Assembly (NCBI GenBank): GCA_043228905.1 | Contig: JBHGNT010000013.1 | Coordinates: 11,842,001 to 11,906,000, forward strand | Origin: Azolla caroliniana | Taxonomy: Eukaryota > Plantae > Polypodiophyta | DNA: 64,000 nucleotides | Direction: 5' to 3' | Part shown: piece by piece, positions 21,980 to 34,075 of the stretch | Layout: every line of letters begins with the position of its first letter | How positions within the stretch are numbered: the first letter of the stretch is position 1 | Translations under genes and position numbers: made by a program | The notes under the pieces: generated by a model | What the model was told of the DNA's origin: nothing | Database searches by the model: none | Seen by the model: the letters and a program-made list of their open reading frames with translations, nothing else

Positions 21980-24454
21980 ACGAGCGTGCAGAGGAACTCG
22001 GTTGATCACCGTTGCCAAAGATCTCACCTCTTCACCTTTCTCGGCACATACCGGAGGATGTGCGGGTTTGGTGGGGGTGGATGTCGTGACGATTTTCGGC
22101 TACGGTGTGAAACCGAGTGAGACGAATAAACCAAGGATGTGCAACATTGCACATACACTTAGCAAATAAGCCTCCTAAGGCCTAGTGGCACTTGAGTTCA
22201 TACAGAGGGGTGCAAGCAAGGTTTGAACCTTGCACCTCTAAGATACAAGATAATTGCCTTACCACTAGGACAACTATCACATAGTGTAAAATTTATGTAT
22301 TTCCTTTTCATATACAAATTATAGACAAAACAACCATAGAAAACCATGTACACAAAACCATGGTTTTAAACCCATGGTTTGTGCATGACATAAGCAAAAC
22401 CGTGTGCACAAAACCATGGTTTTAGCCCATGGTTTTGTGCATGTCACAAGCATGGAAAGACCTATAAAAGCCTCTAGTTGGGCTTGTGTAAGGGGGCTCA
22501 ATATGTGATATCACCAACACCATTATCATCAATATAATTATATTTGTCTTTATCTTCTTCATTATTTTCTACTTCTCAGGTGTACAAGCTTTCTTCTTCT
22601 CAAGTGAACAAATTCCGTCTAATCTTACATTGATCGTCATCTCTTCGATAATTCTGCGAACATCCTCCCTAGTCCAAGACCCCGGTGGTCGCTCGAGTAG
22701 CACACGCACGCGCGAATCTTCGCGACAACGACAACGAAGGGAGGGTGGTAAGTGAGTCGGAAACAACCAGCATGGGGGCTAGTAGTTCCACCTCGGGCCA
22801 CTTCCTCCTTGTGTCACCATAGGCGTGTTTCGCCATTTCTGCCAAAAGCGCAAACGAGTAGTGACCACGCCATTGGAATGGCAACAAACCTCGCCTAATT
22901 GCCCTCGTAGGCAACTAATAAGCGCAAACCATATGTCCATGATCACTTCCTCCGGGGGCCGCACCAGATCTTGAAAGACCTTTAGGCAACGTGCATTCCA
23001 TACATACCACAGGGTGAAGCCTGCGATCGGCATCCAAATTTCCGGGAACCTAGGGGATGCGGACTGCAAGCCTCTCTCAAATTGAATCTTGGCGATTTTG
23101 CCTCTCATGCATACGTAACACTAACTATCTGCATTGAAGACGTCCGTCCACCTATCAACGGAGTGATCAATCCATGCCGCAACACTCCAAGATGTTGTGC
23201 CTTCCACTTCGCAAGCCGCAAGGAGGCGAGTCACTCTATCCCATACATTTTGAGCTTGAGGGAAATCCCACAGACAATGCCTCAGAGTCTCAATAGGTGA
23301 ATGGCAAAGTGGGCAGCCTAACGGGCCACCACGTTTACCTAGCCATTCTCCAACGGGAACCACATTATGACCGATTTGCCACCAAAAAAACTTTATCTTT
23401 TCCGTCTTGTGGCGATGCCATAGACCCTTCCAAAAGGTAATGAGCACCTCATCAAGGATGTCCAATGTACGCCAGCCATTGCGTAAGGTGTCGTCTAGCT
23501 GTAGTTGAAAAGTTCGGCCCAATTTAGTGTTGTACTCGAAGAAATGGCGAAATCTGTCATCATGTTTCCACCTGAAATCCCCTGGGTCCCATTCTAGTTG
23601 GACAAGGGGACGACAACCATATACCCATAACTTCCAATGGGGTTCCACCTTAGTAACATCCGGGTCTGTCTTCCAGATGTTATCAACCTGCGCCACCACA
23701 CGGATTGGGTGCCAAGAGCCCCTACTCTGACTCTCCCCAAAAATTGTATTATCTCTTCCCGATCCGCTCACGCCCTTCAACAACTTAACCCTTCCAGCCT
23801 CATCAAAGAGACCGAACCAAGCATCTTCTCTCACCTCCCCCATCGGAACCCTATCAACTACCTCAACTATCAATCCTCGCATTTTCATGGCTCCCTTGAG
23901 AGGAGGGAGTGGGACCTCCTGGGCTCCTCCTAAAGCCACTGTGCGTCTCCAATCATCTATAGAGTGGAGCCTTGTTTGAGCCAGCTTTCCCCATGCTAGG
24001 CCCTTAAGCTGCCCTAACATCATGTCGTCACTTGTTTGCATCTGAGGGTTCCAAAATAATGGTTGTCTAGAACACTTGATTAGTGTCTCCGGCATGTGCT
24101 TGACCATATGATGTCGTACGTGACACCATGCCCATTGTCATGATATGGCAAGACTCGAATCCATGACCTTATGTTAAATGGGTCGAGCTCTTGACCATTA
24201 TACCTTTTATTATAATACATAAAATATTATTTTCATTTAAGTTTTATTATAGGAAACTAATGTATATTCCAGATTTCTTTAGAACATTCTAGAAGCTTCA
24301 GGACTCCTCCTGAGAACACTATAAAAGGAGGCACAAGGCATTATGTTGAACAAAATTGGTTCAACACCAATCTTAAGCCTCATAGCCATTTTGTACTTAC
24401 TCTTCATATAATATATCATCTGTTATCATCATCTCTCTCTCTCTCTCATCCTCG

Positions 24455-24491
<37 letters not shown>

Positions 24492-24640
24492 GCAGTCCCG
24501 TCCTCTTAGTACTAATAGTACTTCCCTTCTCTAGTACTAATTCTCTCTCTGTTTTAGTACTATTCTTGACAGTTTGAACCAATTTGCCTCTAGTCTTCTT
24601 TTCGGTTTCCCTCATCCTCTTACCCCTTTTTTCCAATACT

Positions 24641-27600
24641 ATGGCTACTGTTAGTGCCCAAGAATATCAATCCATTTTCTCTGAGCTACAGGGTCTAAAA
24701 GAAAAATTTGTTGCCTTGGAACAAGAAAACCAACGATTGTTAGGGGATCTTCAACAAATTGCTCTAGAAAAACAACAAACGCAGCAACAACATGGGGAGT
24801 TGCAACAACAACATGGGGAGTTAGCGTTACGTGTACAACAACTTGAAGCAACCATCGTAGCGTTGCAACAAGGATCAAGTCCCCAAGGATCTCATAAAGA
24901 GCCCAAGATTGGACTTCTTGTGAAATTCAATGGAACGCGATCGCAATTTAGGGGATTTCTTAATAAGTTACGCTTAGTCATTCAAATGCATCCTTCCCGA
25001 TACCCCATTGATGCATCCCGAATCGGCCTAATAGGCACGTTGCTTAGCGGCTCAGCCTTGGCATGGTTCGCTCCGCTTCTAGAAAAACAATCGCCCTTGC
25101 TTAATAACTTTGAAGACTTTATTAGCGAGTTTAAAACCTGCTTTGGAGATACCAACAACATCAAGATGGCGATCAACAAAATCTGACGATTGCGTCAAGG
25201 TGATCGTCCAGCCTCTGCCTACGCAGCGGATTTCCGCCTACTCACCTTAGATATCCCCTGGGATGATCAGGCACTAATGGAGCAGTTTCGCTACGGCTTG
25301 TGAAACGATGTCAAAGATTTACTCTTAACCTTCCCCGAAGAACCAAAGTCTCTTACAGAGGCAATCAATCGAGCGGTCCGATGTGACAACCGCCTTTTTG
25401 AACGACGTTCTGAACGTTAATTACAAATACCACGCCCTAGGCCGGAGCCCACATATGCCTCAGTCACGGCTAAACCGTTTGCACGAGACATATCTCAAGC
25501 AAATACTCTGACACCGATGGAGATCGACACCATGCGTCGACGTGGCCAGTTATCGGAAGAAGAAAAGCAACGACGACGTGCAAATCGATTATGTCTTTAT
25601 TGCGGTGGACTAGGGCATATCGCAATCAACTGTCCCCATAGGCCAAGAAGACAAGTAAATCAAATCGTAGCCTGTACTAAACCCGAATAAATTCTTCCCT
25701 TAGGAGTGTTTGATAGTATTAATAGTACTAATAGCCCAAGTATCTGAAACAAATTTGAAATACTTAGTCAATTAGAAGAAGAGTTAAACGACTGAGTCCA
25801 GCCAAAATAGGAGCCGTCTGTACAACCCATTAGTGGTTCCATTCCCTCCAAGCAAGTTAGCAATGTGTTCTTAGCCCAAGTCATGGTTAGTACTAAAAGT
25901 ACTCCTCCAGTACACGTCCTAGCACTTTTAGATTCTGGAGCCAATTCCTGTTTCATGGATCGAAAATTTGCCCAAGCTTCTCAGATATCCTTAAGAAAAC
26001 TTCCTTTCCCCGCATCTATAATAGTCATTGATGGTTGTCCCATTGCTTCCGGGAATGTTGTAGAAGAGTCAGAACCCATTCAGGTTGTCCTAGGTAGTTT
26101 TGTGTGTGTGGTATCATTTAATATAATTAGTAGTCCAGAGCATCCCATTGTCATGGGATTACCTTGGTTTGAATTACATAATCCAGACATAGATTGGAGA
26201 ACAAGAGAAGTCCGGTATCGACAACTCCAAGAATTTACTCATCAAGTTTTGACCATTTCACTCCATCAATTACACGAAGAAGGACACAAAGAGGCAGTGT
26301 TTCTATTTGCAATATCAATACATCCTTCCAACAATATTAAGAAGGAATCCTTACTGCAACTTCCGGCGAAATATCATCCTTATGCCGATGTATTTGACAA
26401 GGTAAAAGCCGGTACTCTTCCTCATCATCGTCCCTACGATTGTCCCATCGATTTACAACCAGGAACAGAGCCACCATGGGGACCAATTTACAACTTGTCA
26501 CCAACCGAGTTAGAAGTCCTTCGAGCCTACATAGAGGAGAACTTGGCAAGCGGGTTTATTCGTCATTTGAAATCTCCGGCCGATGCACCCATCTTCTTTG
26601 TCAAGAAGAAAGATGGATCACTTCGTCTCGTCGTTGATTACCGTGGCTTGAATAAGGTCACCATCAGGAATATGTATGCACTTCCTCTTATATCAAGTCT
26701 TTTAGAGCGAGTAAATGGTGCCAAGTTTTTTACAAAAATCGATCTACGAGGAGCGTATAACATCGTGTGGATCCTACCGGGAGACGAATGGAAGACCGCC
26801 ATTCGCATGCGGTATGGGCATTTCGAGTATACCGTTATGCCGTTCGGTCTAATCAATGCGCCCGCAGTTTTCCAACACATGGCAAATGATATATTCAGAG
26901 ACCTCTTGGATATCTGTTTGATCATCTATCTAGATGATCTATTGATTTATTTGAAGACCCAGGAAGAGCATGATTCTCATGTACTATTAGTACTAAAAGG
27001 ACTCCGAGAGAATGGTCTTTATGCCAAACTAGAAAAATGTTGCTTTGAATGCAAGCAAGTGGAATTTCTAGGCTACGTCATCACCTCAAAGGGCATCTCC
27101 ATGCATCCGGCTAAAGTTAAAACTGTGCTAGAGTGACAAACTTTCGTTACGAGATGTACAATGTTTCCTAGGTTTTGCTAACCTCTACCGCAAGTTTATA
27201 CAAGATTACCCAAAGATTATTTTACCTCTCACATAGCTTACAAAGAAGGGACAGTCATTTCTTTGGTCCAATGAAGCGAACATGGCTTTTAGGCATCTTA
27301 AGAAAGCCTTTACATCAGCTCGTAGTCTACCTCATGTGGATACAAACAAACCATTCATCATGGAGGTTGACACATCGGATTTCGCCCTCGGTAGCATCCT
27401 TTCTCAACAAGGAGATAAAGAAGAGTTACATCTTGTGGCTTTCCATTTGCGCAAATTTGATGCCGCGGAAATAAACTACGAGATACATGACAAGGAGTTA
27501 TTAGCCATCGTGGATTCATTTGTGCAATGGCAACACTTCTTAGAGGGCTCTCCACATCAGGTCATTGTCTTCAATGATCACAAAAATCTTGCTTATTTGC

Positions 27601-29281
27601 AAAACGCTTGTGTACTAAATCGACGGCAAGCTCGGTGGGCCCAATTCCTCACGCGTTTTGACTTCAAAATCACATATCGACCGGGGAAGCAGCAAGGAAA
27701 AGCAGATGCATTATCGTGGCGTTCATATCTTGCACCTCGTCCTGGTGATCCAACGTTTGATAATAAAAAGCAGGTAATCTTGGGACCAACGTTTGCACAC
27801 AACATGGATTTTTCACACCATTAGATTCTCGGATTATCGATGCCATATGTGCTAACTTGAAGACGGACAGTTTTACTCAAGCCATTCTAGCGCACATTGA
27901 TACCTCTCGGGCATCCTGTTCCCAGTCTCAACAACTAGGTATGGACTACTGACAATTCGAATATCATGATGGTTTATTGTTCTTTAAAAAGCTCGTATAT
28001 GTTCCCGGTTGCTCCTGTCGCCTTCAAATCGTCCAAAATTGTCACAACACCCATTCAACGAGACATTTCGGTAGTATGAAGACATTGGATCTAGTTCAAC
28101 AATCTTTTTGGTGGCCCCATATGCAACGTTTTGTCGACGGCTACGTTTGGACCTGTGATGCTTGCTACTGAGCAAAGATGCAACGACATCATCCATATGG
28201 CTTGTTGGAACCCTTACCGATTCCAAGTAAGCCGTGGTAGTCTATTTGTCCTGATTTTATCACAAATCTGCTGGTCTCGAAGGGTTTCGATGCTATCTTA
28301 ATTGTCGTAGATCGATATACTAAGATGGCACATTTTGTGCCGTGTACTAAGGCCATCACTAGTGAGGAAACCGCCGCCCTTGTCATGCGTGAGGTATTTT
28401 GGCATCATGGCCTCCTAGACAGTATCATCAGTGACCGAGGACCTAATTCGTCTCCAAATTTTGGAAGCCTCTCTTCAAGATGCTCAAGGTCTCTTGTAAC
28501 CTCTCCTCCGGCTACCATCCCCAGACTGATGGGCAGGCGGAACGAACAAATCAAACACTGGAACAATACCTCTGGTGTTTTCTGAGTTATTAGCAAGACG
28601 ATTGGGCTGATATTCTCCACTTTGCGGAGTTTGCTTATAATAACGCTATTCATTCCTCGACTTAGGTCTCCCCATTTTATGCTTATACCGGTTCTCATCC
28701 TCGTTGGTCTGTGATCGACACCCCGGAGCTACCTACCAATCCTCATGCCGAGGATCATTTGGAGAGGCTACGCAAGATCTAGATGGATCTCTTTACTCAT
28801 CTTCGTCATGCTCAACACACACAGAAGACTTATGCGGATCGTCATCGGCTTCCCTCCTCTTTTGCCATCAGAGATCGAGTATGGCTCTTACATTGTCACA
28901 TCAAGACTACTCAACCATGCGACAAGTTGGATTATTGACGACTCGGTCCTTTCCATATTACCGGTAAGGTTAATGATGTCACGTTCCGCCTTGATCTTCC
29001 TCCGCATCTTCGGATACATCCGGTCTTCCATAGTTCTCTTCTTGAACCTTATAAAGCAAACACTATTCCCGATCCCGATCGTGTTACACCACCGCCGCCC
29101 CCCGCTTGAGTTAGACGACGGCCCGGAGTATGAAGTTGCTGCCGTCCTCGACTCCAAATTTGTTCGCAACAAACTTTATTATTTGGTTGATTGGCTTGGC
29201 TATAGTCTGAGTGAACGTACTTGGGAACCTGTCGAGCATGTCGCCAATGCTCAGGATCTTCTTGCTGATTTCCACCGATAG
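24641..29281 (+). pseudogene. gag-pol of Gypsy-1 with many stops and frameshifts; C-terminal chromodomain at about 29125-29281
   Basis: ORF fragments 24641-25186, 25865-27136 and 27282-27824; EYEV..VLDS..YLVDWLGY...TWEP. Confidence 0.9.
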
Positions 29282-29348
29282 TATCCGGACAAACCCGATC
29301 CTCAATCAGCACCGACTCGTTACACTCTTCGTCTTAAGGGGGGGATAG

Positions 29349-29425
29349 TGTCATGATATGGAAAGACTCGAACCCATGACCTTATGTTATATTGGTCGAG
29401 ATCTTGACCATTATACCATCTATTG
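29349..29425 (-). promoter_or_regulatory. tRNA-like A/B-box cassette at the U3 terminus of Gypsy-1 LTRs (also about 24136-24210 and 63900-63975)
   Basis: TGGTATAATGG (29408-29418), 33-nt spacer ending in AGGTC-ATG, then GGTTCGAGTC (29365-29374). Confidence 0.65.
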
Positions 29426-29640
29426 TAATACGTAGGATATTATTTTCATTTAAGTTTTATTATAAGAAATTAATGTATATTCCAGATTTCTCTAGAACAT
29501 TCTAGAAGCTTCAACACTCCTCCTGAGAACACTATAAAAGGAGCCACAAGGCATTGTGTTGAACCAAATTGGTTCAACGCCAATGTTAAGCCTCATAGCC
29601 ATTTTGTACTTACTCTTCATATAATATATCATCTGTTATC

Positions 29641-29685
<45 letters not shown>

Positions 29686-32649
29686 CTCCCTCCCTCTCTC
29701 GGGAGTCTTGCGCAGTCCCGTCCTCTTAGTACTAATAGTACTTCCCTTCTCCAATACTAATTCTGTGTCTGTTTTAGTACTATTCCTGACACCCGCAAGA
29801 TGTGTTGGCATAAAAGGCTGATTCCTGCCAAGTTGTATCCATCCGAGTGTGAACTCGTTAATAAGTTAGGGCTTAGTATATAAGAGAATACCTAACATTG
29901 TAATGAGTGACGAGGAAGAAGACAACGAGCAGACGATTGTAATCTCTGAGAGAGAGAAACGCGTTGTGCAGAAATAAGAAGCTTTCCATTAAAGCTCGTA
30001 TTTGTGTAAGTCTATATCTGCCTTCTCTATCTTTTGTGTGTATGTTGTTTGCTGTTCATAGCCATAAGATTTGAACACACACTTCCACATAACTGTTGAC
30101 ATTAACCAACAACTGGTATAAGAGCTGTGTTCTGCTATGCGACAACAACAGATAACAGAAGAAGAAGCTGAAAGAAAAGACTAGGTTAGAAACATCAAAT
30201 CCATAGAAAGAATATAGCTTCAACATCCGGAACAGGAGGCGAAATCAAAAAGTTCGACGGAAAAAACTTTGCCCTGTGGAAAGAGATGATGCAGAATGTG
30301 CTGATTATTCAAAGACAGGTCGAAGCCATTCGGCATAACGAAATGCCTGCTTCGATGACAGTAGAAGAGTGGAGATGAATGGACGAAATAACACGCTCCA
30401 CCATCCGAATGCATTTGGCTGAAAACGTCTATTTTAGCATGGCAAGAGAGACGACATCGTTCTCATTGTGGGAGAAATTACAGGCCATATATGAGAAGAA
30501 GTCCTCATCTTAAAAACTTATTTTGATCAAATAATTGTTCAACATGAAGATGAAAGAGAATGATCCGGCAACCTTCCACATCAACACCTTCAGCCGAGTG
30601 TTGTCAGAGCTCTCGTCCCAAGGGATCAACTTCGAAGAAGAAGTGAAAGCCCTTGCCCTCCTATCGAGCTTGCCGGTGTGTTGGGAGGTATTCTGTACGA
30701 CATACACCAATAGCTGACCGATCTTGAATTTGGACGAAACAACCGGCCAAGTCCTCAAAGAGGACATAAGGTGAAAATCGATGGGACTAACCATCGATGA
30801 GTCGGCAGAAGCCCATCACTTGACCGAGTCGTTCGACCGACACAGTCGAACGAAAGAACAAGCTAGAGTCGAATGAAAGAACAAGCCTACAGAACCGGTC
30901 GGCGATATAGTCGATCGAGAACGAGGGGAGACCGACAATAGTCGAAGTAAAAAACGGGCCGAACAAACGAGTACTGCACACACTGCAGGAAAGCTGGGCA
31001 CAATGTTTCCGACTGCCGGCCAATAAAAAGAAAAGAGAGTGGTCGGTGATCTAAGTGGAATCAGGGACATTCTGACTCGGACCACTCTCTAGTCGGCAAC
31101 CAGATCAATGTTGCTGACACCCGATCCGGAGAAATCCTCTCCTTAGAGGATTTGATGATTGGAGAAGTTCTCTACAGTGCACGTTGCACACACGTGGCTA
31201 CTAGACTCTGGTGCCACATTTCACGTGACCCCTAACATTGAATGGTTCTCGAACTATTCAACCGACGCCAGCGACACAGTCTAACTGGGAAACAGTGTCG
31301 TGAAGATTTACGGCTATAGTGTGGAACCGGGGTGGAATGGGCAAGTCGGTGGTGTGCAACATGTGCACATGTATAATATGAAAATGGTGTATAGAATAAG
31401 GGGGAGTATTTATCCCACATTGTAATGCATCCCTCTCCTTGGTCTATAAATGGAGGGGAGCGCCTCTTGTGAAAGGGGTTGCCCATTTTTGAGTTAGGAG
31501 AGTATACCACTTAGGTCTAGGGTTTGGAAGTGTTCTTCCTCTTTATCTTATTCTTAGGGTTTCTACTTTGGTCTTTCATCCTATTTCGTTTAGGGTTTCA
31601 TTTTGGGTTTTCTTCTTCTTTGTCTTATGGGTTTGATTCCTTCTTCTTGAGGGGAGGTTTAGTACTTCGTCTTGTTCTTCATCTTGTGAGAGATTATGGG
31701 GGATTTAGGGTTTCGGGTTTCTTTATGTGAGCTAGGTTTCATAAGCTTGGGGTTTTGGGTTTACCTTCTTCTTGGTCGAGTTAACGTTTTGGTTTGGGGT
31801 TTCTACAACAGCGGCTCTTCGGCATTCCGCTGGCGGCACTTGGAGGTTCGGTTTCCTCTCCTTGATTGAGAGCGTTTCACATGGCGGCCGGTTTGAGAAG
31901 GGAGGGCGAAGTGGCACGGGAACACTCCATCGTCTTCGGGGCGTGACCAACGATGGACGTCGTGGTCCCGATAGCCCACTTGACTCGCCTTCACCGGTCC
32001 CCCATTCTTATCTTGATGTATTAGCCAATTGTTTGTAATAGCCACCGGATTTGGGGCATGTAACCATCTTGTTGTAAAGCTCTTGTAATATATATTCATG
32101 TTAGCGTATATTTATCTTCCTTGTAACATATTTGAGTCGTGTCCATATTCGCAGTGAACTGTCTTTTTGTGAAACCCTACATTCGTTGGAGCCGGAAGCC
32201 GATTCAAGACCGAAGCCCACAAAGTTTAAGGACTCCACCATCCGTCTCCCTCGTCCAAGACCCCCGCGGTCCCGCCTAAGATCCTACACATACCTGTGGA
32301 AATCTGCGACATCTTTGGTGAACTCGATGTGAAAGGCGGCAAGGGAGAATGGAGGTGGATGAACAAGGCTTCGTAGTGAAGGCAATGTCGAAGGTGATGA
32401 TGAACGTACACGGAAGAAGGGTGGACAAGAAACGGTTTGGAAGTCATTGAGAGTGCGGTCGAAGAAGTCGACCATTGGAGTGGGGACGGGGTCCCAAAAA
32501 TTTTAAAGGCCACGATGCTCGTTATGAAAGGCAACGAGGACCGGTCCTATGGGTCACTCCATAGCAGGCTAGAGACTTTGGCAGTCGGCAACGAAGCCGA
32601 CGTAAGACCAAGAGACTGACGGTGGTGGCGAGGGGGGATGAGGGCGAAG

Positions 32650-34075
32650 GCAGCGGATGGGCGATGCTACGGCAATCCTCACACCAGTCCAGAGACTCCG
32701 GCGGTCGGCCCGAGAGCCGACGTGAGGCCTAGAGAGATGGACGGTGGCGGCAAGTGAACAGGATCCCGAGATACGGTGTAGAAGTGCGGATGGGCGGTCC
32801 TATGGAATCCTAACACCAATCCGGAGACACCGGTAGTTCAAGCTAACATGGCAATGTGAGAAGGATGGTGGTGGCAGGAAACGGGAATCGGCGATGCGAG
32901 AAGTGCGGATGGGCGATCCTACGGCGATCCTCACACCGATCCGGAGACTCCGGTAGTCGGCCCAAGAGCCGGCGGGAGACCTAGAGAGAAGGACAGTGGC
33001 GGCAGGTGAACGAGATTCGACAAAGCAAAGGATGAAAGAGCGGAAAGAGGTATCAGGCCGGCGATGTAGCCACGAACCAGATACGGACCCGACCGACAAA
33101 GTCGACAAGACAAAGATCGGACATGCTCAGTACACGAGTGGGTGACCCAACAAATCGGAGGCCCAAGACGGATCCTTCACACCTGTCCGGAGACCCCGGC
33201 AATTTGGCCGATGTGGCAACATGAGACCGAGGGTAATGGAAGGTGGCAGCAAGGGGACAAAGGTGGCAACAACAGAAGCACCGAATAACCGAGGCATCAC
33301 GCGAACGAAGGAGGCCATGCGGGCCGGAATGCGGCAAGGGTGATCTTCCGGTAAGATGCCGGGGACACCCGGTCAAGGAGTGGTGCGCCGAGTCGGAAAG
33401 GGCACACCCGAAGTGGATCGGAAGATGTGCGTGTGGCCATCGAGGGCCAAAGCAAAGCACGGGTACAGGATGGCGTTCGGCACAGGTGGTGCTGAACAAG
33501 GAAGGCGGAAGACGGCAAACGGTGGTGCCGGAAATGAGAGCACGGGAGCGTAACAAACTACGTGGACTAGAGACCAGAAACATGATTGAGGGTTGGAGAA
33601 GGATCCTCCACACCCGCTTCGGAGATCTCGGCGGCTCGGTCGGAGTGGCAACGACTGGCGTGGCAGGCCAAACCCGAGGTAACAAGCTGGTGGGGGTGAG
33701 GGGATGACGCCAAGCGGAAGGCTCTGAACCAGTGGTAGCAACGGAAGATGAAAGTGACCAAGCGGGCTATTACGGGGTGTTCCTCATACATGGAGGACAC
33801 CGGTATGCGGAGAAGTGGCGATGCACGATCTGGCCGGGTGAGGGCTGACGACGCGTGCATGGGAAGTAACCGGTGTTCGGCACGGGTGGTGCCGAACTCG
33901 AGAAGGGGATGCGTGGCACACAGAGGTGCCAGAGCGGGAATACATGCGCGAAGATGGGTTGCCGGTCCAAGTGTTCTCGCGTAGAAGGCCGGAGAGGGAT
34001 CCTCCGCACTGATCCGGAGACCTTGGCAGTTCGGCCGTTGTGGCAATGTAAGACCAAGGAGAAGGTAGGTGGCGG
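32650..34075 (+). repeat. Six or more degenerate copies of an internal repeat (ATCCTCACACCGATCCGGAGACTCCGGCGGTCGG...GAGACC.AG.GA)
   Basis: Copies near 32675, 32805, 32925, 33170, 33600 and 33998. Confidence 0.7.

Larger units (their letters stand above)
19204..22727 (+). mobile_element. Element A: young gag-only (pol-less) LTR retrotransposon
   Basis: LTRs 19204-19850 and 22082-22727 (about 4 substitutions and 1 indel); tRNA-Trp PBS; PPT GGTGGGGGTGGA; 4-bp TSD ACGA. Confidence 0.93.
24136..29791 (+). mobile_element. Gypsy-1: degenerate Ty3/Gypsy chromovirus (Tcn1-like, self-priming)
   Basis: LTRs 24136-24571 and 29349-29791; imperfect TSD CCCAT/CCCGC; PPT AAGGGGGGGATAG; gag CCHC knuckle, LLDSGA protease, YLDD RT, RNase H, integrase, chromodomain. 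Confidence 0.95.

Noticed and set aside
20743-22027. Antisense ORFs of 296 and 294 aa in element A
   Set aside because: Shadow frames of a GC-rich, purine-skewed sense ORF, with no recognisable motifs.
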